Source: Pirellulales bacterium
GTDB taxonomy: Bacteria; Planctomycetota; Planctomycetia; Pirellulales; DATAWG01
Direction of reading: 5' to 3'
Length of the DNA: 64,000 bases
NCBI GenBank assembly: GCA_035939775.1
Contig: DASZFO010000380.1
Span: 6,577-70,576 of the forward strand
Shown here: positions 57,601 to 64,000 of the stretch, one piece after another
Position numbering within the stretch: the first letter of the stretch is position 1
Layout: the number at the start of each line of letters is the position of its first letter
Program-made: the position numbers and the translations under genes
The notes under the pieces: model-generated
Database searches by the model: none
The model's input: the letters and a program-made list of their open reading frames with translations, nothing else
What the model was told of the DNA's origin: nothing

Positions 57601-60600
57601 AACTTCACCGGTTCTGGGACCGTCACGTTGGGTGCCGGCACAAGCGGCCTTTCCGGGGCCCAAGTGAACATCAGCAACGGCGGCACGCTGATCGACAATT
57701 CCCAGAACGGGCTCGGCAGCACCGCCGCGGTGAACATTGCGACTGGGGCCACGCTCGCCGTGGCCGACGGCGGAAGTCAAACGGTCAGCATGCTCGCTGG
57801 TAGCGGCGCCGTGCGGCTGGGGACTGGCGCCGCGCTGATCGTCGGCAGCTCGGACAATATGTCCAACGCGGTGACGGTCGGGTTGACGGGCAATGGCGCG
57901 GTGGGCAACGGCGGAAACGGCACGTTGACCCTGAACGGCGGCAATTTCGCCAACACCACGATCAACTCGAACGTCAACTCGCCCGCCCCCGGCGTGGTGT
58001 CGGGCAACACGACGGCCCTGGGTGGAACGGTGACGTTCAGCGGCGGCGTCTTGAAAATGCTTCCCGCGCCCGGCTCCGCTTCCATGTCGGGATTCGGCAA
58101 CAATTGGGGCATCGCCCCGACGGGCGGCACGACGCAAACTTCGACGCAATCGAACGGCTGGACGATCACCGACAATCCGCAAAACATCGCCTTTAGTAAC
58201 GGCTACTTGACTTCCATTCCGAACTTTAATCTAAGCACCAATCCGTATACCGTCTTTCCATCGGTAAATGTTCTTCAATTGACCGACGGGGGGACCGCTA
58301 ACGAAGCCCGCAGCGCGTTCTATTCCACTCCGGTTCCCTATGCCAGCGGCAGCAGTGGTTTCTCGGCATCGTTCACCTACACTCCGGGGCTCACCAAGGG
58401 GGGCAACGGCGTCGCTCTGGTACTGCAGAACGATCCGCGCGGCGCCGCCGCGCTGGTTGCCGCGGGTTCGGGCACGCCGGTCGGTTTGGGACTCGGCTAT
58501 CAGGGTATTACGAATAGCGTCGCGATCGAATTGAATATCTGGAATGGCGCTCTTGGTGGCGTTGGCACCGCACTCGGAATCAATGGCACCGTTCCCGGCA
58601 CGATTGCCGCCAGCAACGGGCTGACTTATACGCCGGTCAAGTGGCTCAACGACGGCGATCCGATCAATGTCAGCGTCAGTTATAGCCCCACGGCGCAAAC
58701 GCTCACCGAGACGGTGACCGATTCTCTCGTCCCGGCCAATACGTTTAGCACCGTGTATACCGGCGTGAATCTGGCCTCGGTGTTGAACGGCCCGTCGGCT
58801 TACGTCGGCTTTACCGGCGCCAGCCAGAATTCGCAATCGCAGCAGCTCATTAGCAATTTCTCCTACTCGCTTTCCGGTGGCGCGGCCGGCAACTATGCCA
58901 CTAACGTGGCCGTGACCGGCAGCGGCGGAACAATGGATCTGGCGGCCACCGTGGCGACGCCCAACTTCACGATGGGCGGATTGACCACCAACTTTGGCGG
59001 GGCATTGACGATTTCCGCGCAGACCGCCCCAGGCACTCTGAACTACGGAGTGACCTTCAAGGGATCGTCGGCGCTGCCGGGCAACGTTACGTTGAACGTC
59101 TATCACGCTGGCGCGCTCAATGGCGGCGGCACCGACGGCACCGGCACGGGCCTTGGCACCGTGACCATCGCCGGGCAGATCACCGGAAGCGGCGGGATTA
59201 CCAACAACGGACCGGGCATCGTCCAGCTCACCGCGCTGAATCGAAATACGGGTGGCGTTGGCGCTGCGGGAGGCACGATCGTGGCGGGCGCCGTAGGGGC
59301 TCTCGGCTCCGGAACTGTCACCCTGGGTGGCGGCACGCTGCAGTTGAAGACCGCGCAGCCCTACGCTTCGGCCCAGCTCGCGAACTTGACGCCGGTCGCC
59401 CTCACCGGATGGAACCAGGATTCGATCCTGGCGGCCAATCAAGCGACCCCGGCCACGATCGTTCCCCTCATGGCCGCGTTCGACGGCGGCGGGCCGTCCC
59501 ACGCCGCTGGCAGCGTGCTGTTCGAACATGGCGCTGTTGGTTCCGGCGGCACGGGAGGACTCCCGGCTGCGCCGTCGCCAGGGGCGCCGGCATCGTTTAC
59601 CAGCCTCGCCAATTCGAACGTCACCTTCCAATTCCAGCCCTACTCGACAGCCAGTGGCGGCCTGGTTAACAACGACCTGCAGTTGAATAGCTCGACCACG
59701 ACCGCCAAGCTGACGCTGACCACCCCGGCTCAGTTTGATTCGATCAGTGTGCTGCACGGGACCGGCAACGGGCCGGGCGGCTTCAACATGATCTTGAACT
59801 TCGCCAATGCCCCCAGCCTCACGGTCGGCAGCGCTGCGCCCGACTGGTTTAGCAACCCGAACTTTGCGATCAACGCGAGCTACCGCTACACCACCGGCGC
59901 AAATCCTCTCTATAACGCAGGCCCGGCCAATCCGAACCTCCTGGAATCCGACTATACGCTGCCGGCCGCCTACCAAGGCGCCACGCTCCAGTCGATCACG
60001 TTCAATGCAGTCGCCGCCGGCGAGATAAATATCATGGCCGTCAGCGGAACCACGCTGACCACGTCCAACCTAAACGCCACCAATGTCACGGCGAGTTCCA
60101 CGATCGACGTGACCGGGACTGCCTCGTCCGCCTTGACCGGCACGATGACGATGGGCAACTTCAACGCCGTGCCGATCACGCTTTCGGTCACCGGCGGAAG
60201 CACCGCCGCGAACCAGAACTATACTCTGAATCTCGCTACCGGCGCGGCGTCGACCGTGTCGTTGACGGGCAGCAACACGCAGTATGTCTTCAACGTGTCT
60301 AGCAACGGTTCCGGCATCGGCGCGCTGGTTCTTGGCCCGTTGAACGACCTCGGCACCGCTCGCAATCTCGCGTTCAATGGCACCACCAACACGACCACGA
60401 CTCTCGGCACGGTTGCGACCAGCCTCGTCCAGGGGACCACGGTCAGCATCGGCAGCAACGCGAATCTCGTTTCCAGCGCGGCCGGCACGAACTTGGTCAA
60501 CGGCTCGCTCGGCCGTTATGCCCAAGTGACCGTGGCCAGCGGGGGCACGCTCACCGTCGGCGCGAATCAGACGATCAGCTCGTTGAGCGGCTCGGGCAGT

Positions 60601-63600
60601 GTTGCGCTCGGCAGCAACACCCTGTCGATCGGCAACGATGATAACCTGTCATCTACTTTCTCGGGTGTGATCAGCGGCGCCGGCTCGATCAACGTCGGCA
60701 TTCCGCTGTCGAGCGGCTCGTTGACTTTGTCGGGCGGCACCAACAACAGCTATCTGGGCAGCACCACGGTCAGCGGCGGCACGCTGAACTTGCAAACCAC
60801 GGGGTCGAACAACATCCCCAGCTCCGCAGCGATCAACGTGTTGGGGGGCACGCTCAACGTCACCGGGGTAACCGGCAGCGGCGGGTTCACCGTGGCCAGC
60901 GGCCAAACGCTTCAGGGCGCCACCGCGCTGGGCAGCGGCCCAGGGGGAACGGTCGTCGGTAGCGTCACCGTCGGCTCGAGCGGCCACATCGGCGGCTGGA
61001 GCATTTCGCCGAAATCGAGCCCCTCGATAACCCTTAACGTCACCGGCGCCGGTCCTTCGCTGACTCTTCCCACGGGTTCCATCAGCGACTTCACGCTCGA
61101 TGGATCGCTGGCAAACAACACCGCCGGGCTGATCGCGACGACGAGCGGCAGCGGAACGAGTCTTAGCGTCAGCGGGGCCAACACGGTCAACGTCACCAAT
61201 GGCAGTACGCTGCCCACCGTCAATAGCACGTATGAGTTGTATAGCTATAACGGCACGCTGACCAACACGGGCAACGGCACGAATGCGCTGTCGTTTACCG
61301 GCGGCGGTAGCATGACATTGGGCAACCTGCCGCAAAACGCTCTGTATCAGTATTCATTGAGCAATGTCACGTCGGGCACAACTCATTTCATCGACTTGAC
61401 GGTGAAGCCGGTCGCCTTGACCTGGAGCAATTTGTCGGGAGACATGGCTTGGAATACCACGAGCATCAACTGGGTCGACTTGAACAACAACAACGTGGCG
61501 TTTGCGAACACCAAGCAAGTGATCTTCGGGGATGTCTACGGCGCCGGAAATACGCCGCTGTCGAACCCGCAGACCGTCATCGTGCAAGCTGCCGGCGTCC
61601 AGCCAGGCAGCGGATTGACTGGCGTCACGTTCGGCAACAACCTCGTGAACTACACCATCCAGAACCAGAGCGGGACGATCGGAATCGCCGGTGCCACCGG
61701 AATCCAGCTCGTCGGCGACGGTGCTGCCGGCGGCCAGGTGACGCTCGATTCCCCCAACAGCTTTAGCGGCCCGGTATCGGTCAAGTTCGGCCAGCTCAAT
61801 CTGGGTGATGGAACCGCGTCGGCGAACGCCGGAAACGCTCTGGGCGCCTCGTCGGGCGTTACGGTCGGCACGGGCACTAGCCTGAATTTGAATTCCGTGT
61901 CCGGTTCGCACGTCACGTTCGGCAACAGCACGTCGTCTGGCACGATTCCGCTGGCAATCAGTGGCATCGGCACCGGGTTGCCGAGCGTCGCGGGCGCTCT
62001 GAACAGCCAGAGCGGCATCAACACCTACACCGGCCCGATCACCATTGCCGGCGGTGCGGCGACGATCGGTTCGACTTCGATTGCGGCGACCGACGGACTG
62101 ATTCTCAGCGGTCAGATTAACAATGCGAGCAATACGTCGCCCGCCAGCATCACATTCCAAGGGGCGGGAAGTTCGGCCGCGAATGGGGCGATCGTTGATC
62201 TTGCCACTGGCGTCAATGCCCTGTCGATCGTCGTCGCCGGTCCCGGCGACGCCACGCTCGGCGGCCCAAACACATACCACGGCACCACGACCGTCAGCTC
62301 CGGCCTGCTCATCCTCGCCTCGCAGAATGCCTTGGGCAACACGACCGGCGGATTGACGATCGGCGGCGCAGTCGGCCTGGTGCTCAACAATAGCGGCCCG
62401 ACCGGGCTCAAGGCTACGGGCGGGGCGGGGATCCCGCTCTCGCTCTCCGGCACCGGCACGGGAGCTACAATTCCTGGCACGTCGGTCAATTCCAATGGCG
62501 CGCTGACGGACGTTGGCGTCAGTGGTTATGGCGGTCCGATCAGCCTTCCGACCGATGCGACGATCGCCACCACCGGCCTTACCGACGTGCTGACGCTTAG
62601 CGGCGCGGTGACGATCGGCACCAATGCCAATCCGCAGACGTTGACGTTCGTCGGTCCCGGCGGCACGGTTGTCAACGGCGCTATTGGCGACGGCGGCGTC
62701 AGCGCCGCGGGCTCGATTGCCGTTAACGGCGGAGCCGGCGGGATCGTGACGTTCGCTGGAGCGAATACCTATCTGGGAACCACCACGGTGAACTCCGGCG
62801 CGCTCGCTCTGCAAAGCGCCACGGCGCTGGGCAACACGTCTGGCACCGTCACTGTCAACTCCGGCGGCGCGCTGGTTTTGACGAACAACACGAACAACAG
62901 CGCCACCACGTTTGGCCTGACTGCCGCCAATTCATCCCCGATTCCGCTCAGTCTTGCCGGCGGCGGGGCTACCGGCAATACGGCAGCCAACGGGGGAACC
63001 GGAGCGTTGACCGCGGCCGGCACCGGAACCAATGCAAGTGTGACTTGGGCGAGCCCGATCACGATCAATTCGGGCGCGTCGATTGCCGCGGCCGCCGCGA
63101 ACAACGTGCTGAATCTTTCCGCCCTCGTCAACAGCACCGGGGCAACGACAACCTTGAACGGCCCAGGGACCATCAATGTCAATGGCGGGCTTAATATTAG
63201 CACCTCCGGTGCGCTCGTAGTCCCTGCCGTGAACGGCGGCGGAACGTATACGATCGGCAATGGCCAGCCAATTAGCGACGGTGGCACCAGCGGCACGGTT
63301 TCAATGTCCGGCAGCGGCACGTTGAACCTGGCCACGTCGAATTTCTATGCCGGCGGCACGACGGTGGCGGGCGGCCTTACGGTGGCAAGCACTACGTTCT
63401 CGCTCGGCACCGGGCCCGTAACACTCGGCGGCGGGACCCTGCGGCTCTCCCCGACGAGTCCCGTGGTCAGCGGCTTTGGCGGCGGGGTGGGCGCAACCAG
63501 CCCCGGTTGGTCGGTCAATAATGCCAACGCCAACTTCACCGTCCAGCCCTTCCCGATCGCCAACGTATTGCAACTGACCGATGCCGGCGCTAACACGACC

Positions 63601-64000
63601 AGCGGCACGGCTCGCAGTGCATGGTATAACGCCTCGACCGTGCCGATCGCCAACGGTTTCACGGTATCGTTTACTTATCAGTCAGCCGGGGGCGCCGATG
63701 GCGGCTCGTTCATGCTTCAAAACGACGCTCGCGGCGTGAGTGCCTTGGGTGGAACCGGCGGCGCGAAAGGCGCTTCCGGCATCACACCCAGCGCGGAACT
63801 GGTATGGAACATCTACACCGGGGGTGCGGGCAACATTGTGGGAACGGCGCTCGACACGAACGGAACTTTGACCGCCGATACGGCCTTTACGCCGACGACG
63901 CCTGTCAGTATCAACTCGAACCACCCGATCAATGTCGTCTTGTCATACAACCCCACGACGAACGTCGTCACGGAGACGTTGACGGACACGAACAATAACA
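45688..64000 (+). CDS. Giant secreted beta-strand-repeat protein (autotransporter-associated PATR-like repeats plus lectin-like domains), 3' partial, more than 6,100 codons
   Basis: Every 60-nt listing line starts in this frame. I translated 45661-64000 codon by codon and found no stop. ATG at 45688 lies 9 nt after AGGAG (45674-45678). Signal-like segment VLAVAAILVLLGAATAQA-AS. Dozens of GxGTLxLxGxNTYxGxTxVxxGTL units. Absent from the ORF track because it has no stop in the window. Alternative TTG starts at 45763 and 45811. Confidence 0.9.
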   Translation, partial: MCGPSLDRRPDSNPGLSTPNDGCGKLNAPWSSRTHCRASRFLPRATDRGRFPRVLAVAAILVLLGAATAQAASQIWNGNGADNNWSTTGNWVGGAAPGSTTVVNNPDVATFNGTGTFSNSTVNINSTTQNIGGITFDTAAAPAYIIGANGFNSGNTLLLTSGGTIQMTSTVGAVTETINSPINIEGSYTFTDNSANPSALLLFSGNVAMASAVTTNSALTVNGAGNTLMMGVISNGGNGTATLAVTKSGTGTLALLGTNTYTGGTAINGGTLTLGSGGALGTTGTISFGGGTLQYSIANQTDYSGRFSTLANQAISVDTNSQNVTFATALTSTGGSLTKIGAGTLTLSAANTYSGGTTVSGGVLQGTTVTLQGGITDNANVTFNQSITGTYAGAITGSGGVTVNGSGVVTFSGASSYVGPTTVTNGGTLNITGSLTGSALVLANGAFNGANATGTQTMSGWTVNSGASTIGETAAGALALGTAARNVGGTVNFTPPAGGGSISTTSTGSNGILGGWATWGGTDWAVGGGTIGPLAPASYTPDTWSAGNNTTVTLATNSPYNNVTTNSLQFAAAAADTVSLSGTNVITSGGILVSSAVANNATAITGGSLTSGNGTDLIVNQFDTSSSFTISSNIVDNGTPTGLTLGGASGGTVILNGVNTYSGGTMVAAGAGTLQGTTSGLQGNITDNAKLVFNNPAGPTGTYSGVISGKGTVTVNTTGTVAFSGANTYTGVTTAAGGVLELTSLTALPGGIANSGGVSGLTVNGGVIGLGLPTANLFGRSLGAGANQVQFTGNSGFAGYAPGAVVNIGASISNTGGTAITWSAAPTGSWIPNGSTLTLGAADATSTIVLQNAFAFGTARQTINVIHGAGIPAGVPDAIMSGALSATNQAGGAGITLTGNGTLQLVGTADNPSFTAIVNSGATLILAKTSPGVHSLGGSGAGFVVLTINSGGTVQLGNIVGALPIGGAGGDQIFNGGTDGGVNNSGTLDLNGTSEAINNLLGASTGVVTNTLAGTTSVLTVGTSVSPGSVSNYAGVIQNGGATKIAGLTVGAASLTLSGANTYTGLTTVSNANLTVTGSLTGTGLVIGNGAFTVNSAAATTMNNWLVGSGEAVINNNGAGNLALGSLFGRLTGGTVNFTVPGAGGGSISTTSTGSNGILAGFATIGGTDWAVGGGTITALNAPGGTVWVDGTTNLNLNGNSSAGPGASVNSLLFSTANSYTVTLTGANSITSGGILVSSVVGANASAITGGSLTSGNGGDLIVNQFNAAGSLTISSAIVNNGVTPIGLTVNGPSATAGMVVLGATNTYTGPTFVNGGAIQTTAVGGLPRTTDVTLNGALDLAGNAQTIAALTGGFGSLTGATSGTVTNSGAATVLTFGGGGLNLSTTFGGTIKNGAGTLGVTMQGYGTQTLNGANTYTGPTTVNAGVLSVPGGDISASSALVLGGGTYSDSGTQTVAGWKVNAAGSTITNTTGSTTLTLGALASRAVGGTVNFGSSTANPGGTINTSTASVNGILGGWATFGGSNWANSGTGGGNIAAAALTNGSAFTSATVNYNVNATATAGGLTANSMIINNGGNAVTLSLASGTTTFTSGGILMTNNTGNNLQTIQNNSLTSGNGTDLIVINNDTNNGTNDALLINSQITGTIGLTKSGPGAVVLGSGSNNFSGVTTVNTGVLQYNVAGAVGLTSGIAINYGGTVIPGSGFSGTPPTYTPLATLSPLITASSTGTIALAINDGENFTPTAPIFLGAATNVVYSGTLGAVNGAYRFGGGGLGTLTVTGPLTGANSVIVAGNPTSQTNANGTGVVNGLITNTTVGNSGGIVGLYNQNTYSGGTLVQGGFSVAQAVLTADVSSIVSGGALVSGPIGTGTLTLNGSGFQDGSMPITLANSVVINGTTTLGSAGNGTLTFSSAGLTTPSTIALEANSTLTVNNISTTFAESVTGAATLTKSGIGNLVLSGTNTYSGGTIVNGTLGFGTLEFLSPASIAGSGANVTVNAGAAVAAGPIYGNLQSTFFNRILYNSAGTIALSGSSIDNYDWSSSGANFITAGLGALYGNNVTYAGSLTPNGVYRLGGGGGTLNFAAPLTGASSVTLFNDNMAGTVVLGGENTYSGGTTVNGTIAASWFSPGLASQTVGKFASVLQVNSSSAVSGGGLQSGPVGTGPIVFNNSPAVSDNGANITLANSLVLNAFNTLSLQFMNNPSAFTSAGNGSLILDGGPGTTISFGSLAAAQSIAVNNTTIIKDPIVGTLSMANAAGNPYVTIGGTGTLILAAQSTYSFSGTNNGTNVNFGTLLLAGPSLRFAVGSTVAGTFGSQTLVSGPVGTGALSINGAGNTGSFLQDNGTNITLANSVVMNLANPVNFDSTGAGSLTFDGTGLSAPAFFSLLNNNVTLITDNTTTINDRIIGTGTGAILTVGNNNNKYPYGTLVLNQPANASITIPGSNFSGGTVLNFGTLVVGASTIVSGSAPIQSLVSGPLGTGTLTLSINSPILEDNGTNITLANNVSINAGQGGFIIGSTGNGSITFDGTGLTSKATLNMTGSATTTAVSWIVNNTVTVNDRITGTQSIIMGGNGKLILGAPPAANSYFNAIAEAGVLQLNALSSFGNGTVSLGGVSATPLSLADFGGTLAAGPAYTNLQVSFFNHISNTSAGTIAITANSSEAFNWSSSGGSNFVAASLGAVGGTLASPVVYSGALTPNGTTYRLGGGGGALSITGALSSADSLVVGGGGSGGAVIINNGSAFTGVTTVSAGTLQLNTAPGVPANFPGIITVGSGAAVSAGASYGSITTNLLPLLNVSSTGAIALSGSSSESLSFSGVPSMSLGAEATTSVTYSGTLTPANSTYLLGGGGGTLTVSSNLTGANSLVIGGNGAAGTVIPTGTNTFSGGATLSGGKLQLSAGTVSGTTITSGPVGTGTLTLANGILQDNGSGITLANSVALVGSTTLTSAGGGSLTFDGTGLTSPATFTIASNPVLTVANTTTINDVISGSSGFTKAGSGTLVLGGTNIYTGPTNILGGTVRATAAGALPGGTTVNLSLAGTLDLNGNALGFDQLTGAGTVTNGGAATTLTLGGSGGSNNFAGTIQNGTGAVALTKSGAGTLTLSGANTFSGGTTLSGGTLRVGSGNAAGTLLGAAPGTVLSNATGTTTIASGPFGTGALTLGSGTTLQDSGFATALANPVSLGTSGGTFTFSSPSALAAFASPNSGSLTFDGTALGTKATVNLTGATILTVNNALTINDQITGASALTMSGSGTLVLANTSGLANGYTTMNVTSGVVQYNGMSSVGSGLVTIGSGGAVAVGPGIGVSGGATTTGTPISSMLSSIATGSSGTIALTESDSESVSFASYPSLSLGTTANVVFSGSITPAGSTYLLGGGGGTLTVAGGVLSGGNGLTVGGAGGGTVVLSGSDSYSGLTTVNAGVLQLGVVGANGSNNITVNAGGAVAAGPGYNASSATPVSSLLSLITTGSQGTLALASSTSENLNFSSYSGLSLGAAAGPGVAYSGTLTPNGSTYRLGGGGGTLNFASPLTGSNALVVGSGSGGSVILSNATATPNNYSNGTIVAKGNLAVGPTSSVFGSGQVQVNNGATLTLLAPIAPVATTGYTQDVIWGPGEASPQSGTTAGFGDGQNALYQKGMPGSQAVGNIGLPATRSFVSLGNPNAVFQLQPYNAKNDLALGSGGIANNADNRQNTTPTGTLTLANPGSYSSIAILNGTSNGNNWFSATLNFSNGTSFTQQGLFAGDWFTPSNYNAPVNGVNPIYTIAYSGAGYVTMGNNNGTFLGGGASNTNGSQNAGGGPNFALPRTTLYETDVQVPLADQNLTLTSVTITHTGSFTGANNGSGTDANAGAGPNGHMNIMGLSGTLTGSITSGSVSYSNDVSIPASATSTIDLQNAEGATFSGQLLMGNNATLNVTNSTGAVSDGQLPSGGQPFNLTLGSGTVQVPATSTFNVSSGAAGGLVNLTLGQLNAASSGAVLNFTGSGTVTLGAGTSGLSGAQVNISNGGTLIDNSQNGLGSTAAVNIATGATLAVADGGSQTVSMLAGSGAVRLGTGAALIVGSSDNMSNAVTVGLTGNGAVGNGGNGTLTLNGGNFANTTINSNVNSPAPGVVSGNTTALGGTVTFSGGVLKMLPAPGSASMSGFGNNWGIAPTGGTTQTSTQSNGWTITDNPQNIAFSNGYLTSIPNFNLSTNPYTVFPSVNVLQLTDGGTANEARSAFYSTPVPYASGSSGFSASFTYTPGLTKGGNGVALVLQNDPRGAAALVAAGSGTPVGLGLGYQGITNSVAIELNIWNGALGGVGTALGINGTVPGTIAASNGLTYTPVKWLNDGDPINVSVSYSPTAQTLTETVTDSLVPANTFSTVYTGVNLASVLNGPSAYVGFTGASQNSQSQQLISNFSYSLSGGAAGNYATNVAVTGSGGTMDLAATVATPNFTMGGLTTNFGGALTISAQTAPGTLNYGVTFKGSSALPGNVTLNVYHAGALNGGGTDGTGTGLGTVTIAGQITGSGGITNNGPGIVQLTALNRNTGGVGAAGGTIVAGAVGALGSGTVTLGGGTLQLKTAQPYASAQLANLTPVALTGWNQDSILAANQATPATIVPLMAAFDGGGPSHAAGSVLFEHGAVGSGGTGGLPAAPSPGAPASFTSLANSNVTFQFQPYSTASGGLVNNDLQLNSSTTTAKLTLTTPAQFDSISVLHGTGNGPGGFNMILNFANAPSLTVGSAAPDWFSNPNFAINASYRYTTGANPLYNAGPANPNLLESDYTLPAAYQGATLQSITFNAVAAGEINIMAVSGTTLTTSNLNATNVTASSTIDVTGTASSALTGTMTMGNFNAVPITLSVTGGSTAANQNYTLNLATGAASTVSLTGSNTQYVFNVSSNGSGIGALVLGPLNDLGTARNLAFNGTTNTTTTLGTVATSLVQGTTVSIGSNANLVSSAAGTNLVNGSLGRYAQVTVASGGTLTVGANQTISSLSGSGSVALGSNTLSIGNDDNLSSTFSGVISGAGSINVGIPLSSGSLTLSGGTNNSYLGSTTVSGGTLNLQTTGSNNIPSSAAINVLGGTLNVTGVTGSGGFTVASGQTLQGATALGSGPGGTVVGSVTVGSSGHIGGWSISPKSSPSITLNVTGAGPSLTLPTGSISDFTLDGSLANNTAGLIATTSGSGTSLSVSGANTVNVTNGSTLPTVNSTYELYSYNGTLTNTGNGTNALSFTGGGSMTLGNLPQNALYQYSLSNVTSGTTHFIDLTVKPVALTWSNLSGDMAWNTTSINWVDLNNNNVAFANTKQVIFGDVYGAGNTPLSNPQTVIVQAAGVQPGSGLTGVTFGNNLVNYTIQNQSGTIGIAGATGIQLVGDGAAGGQVTLDSPNSFSGPVSVKFGQLNLGDGTASANAGNALGASSGVTVGTGTSLNLNSVSGSHVTFGNSTSSGTIPLAISGIGTGLPSVAGALNSQSGINTYTGPITIAGGAATIGSTSIAATDGLILSGQINNASNTSPASITFQGAGSSAANGAIVDLATGVNALSIVVAGPGDATLGGPNTYHGTTTVSSGLLILASQNALGNTTGGLTIGGAVGLVLNNSGPTGLKATGGAGIPLSLSGTGTGATIPGTSVNSNGALTDVGVSGYGGPISLPTDATIATTGLTDVLTLSGAVTIGTNANPQTLTFVGPGGTVVNGAIGDGGVSAAGSIAVNGGAGGIVTFAGANTYLGTTTVNSGALALQSATALGNTSGTVTVNSGGALVLTNNTNNSATTFGLTAANSSPIPLSLAGGGATGNTAANGGTGALTAAGTGTNASVTWASPITINSGASIAAAAANNVLNLSALVNSTGATTTLNGPGTINVNGGLNISTSGALVVPAVNGGGTYTIGNGQPISDGGTSGTVSMSGSGTLNLATSNFYAGGTTVAGGLTVASTTFSLGTGPVTLGGGTLRLSPTSPVVSGFGGGVGATSPGWSVNNANANFTVQPFPIANVLQLTDAGANTTSGTARSAWYNASTVPIANGFTVSFTYQSAGGADGGSFMLQNDARGVSALGGTGGAKGASGITPSAELVWNIYTGGAGNIVGTALDTNGTLTADTAFTPTTPVSINSNHPINVVLSYNPTTNVVTETLTDTNNN
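58261..58872 (+). other. L-type (legume-like) lectin domain 1 inside the giant protein
   Basis: NVLQLTDGGTANEARSAFY..GNGVALVLQNDPRG..GLGYQGITNSVAIELNIWN..AYVGFTGASQNSQSQQLISNFSYS follows the concanavalin-like L-lectin pattern. Confidence 0.7.
63541..64000 (+). other. L-type lectin-like domain 2 inside the giant protein (truncated by the window end)
   Basis: NVLQLTDAGANTTSGTARSAWYN..DGGSFMLQNDARGVSALGG..ELVWNIYTGG..INVVLSYNPTTNVVTETLTD is parallel to domain 1. Confidence 0.65.

Noticed and set aside
45672-63995. All minus-strand ORFs in the track across the giant-gene region (60-581 aa, e.g. 58231-59976, 55780-57234, 61354-62814, 54511-55509, 49591-50514) and the off-frame + ORFs (e.g. 45767-45997, 49904-50344).
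   Set aside because: They are antisense or off-frame shadows of one continuous + frame-1 ORF. Their products are low-complexity Pro/Val/Ala or Arg/Ala/Gly strings with no signal or domain logic. The + frame gives a coherent repeat and domain architecture with a start, an SD and a signal segment.
46000-64000. Possible CRISPR array or non-coding satellite suggested by the dense periodic repeats.
   Set aside because: The repeats are in-frame coding repeats of variable length and divergence. There are no fixed-length direct repeats separated by unique spacers, and no cas genes.

Overview
High-GC bacterial chromosome segment. The gene content looks like Planctomycetota (Pirellulales-like). This is an inference from a TIGR03000-type domain protein, a DUF11 lipoprotein, Asp-box and PATR-repeat proteins, and many ATGA/GTGA-coupled genes. 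From 0.1 to 44.6 kb, housekeeping genes are interleaved with lineage-specific envelope genes and small accessory islets. The housekeeping genes I recognise are asd, truA, accA, dtd, pdxA, clpX, holA, purB, pcm, an aminotransferase, a SEDS protein, a Fur-family regulator, an ABC ATPase, an FKBP, a GT4 glycosyltransferase and a Ser/Thr kinase. The lineage-specific set includes a 3-gene lipoprotein operon, an HTTM pair, a SUFU-like/DUF922/calpain islet, and a small gene with an in-frame TGA. A tRNA-Gly(CCC) lies at about 45.0 kb. The main result: from 45688 to the window end (64000) the + strand is one uninterrupted reading frame of more than 6,100 codons. It is absent from the supplied ORF track because it has no stop in the window. 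It encodes a giant secreted beta-strand-repeat (PATR-like) protein with two L-type-lectin-like domains and two copies of a domain I cannot assign. All long minus-strand ORFs listed in that region are antisense shadows. Several short dispersed repeat families sit at gene ends. One is a perfect 23-bp inverted repeat bracketing the kinase gene. No CRISPR array, rRNA, transposase or integrase was seen.
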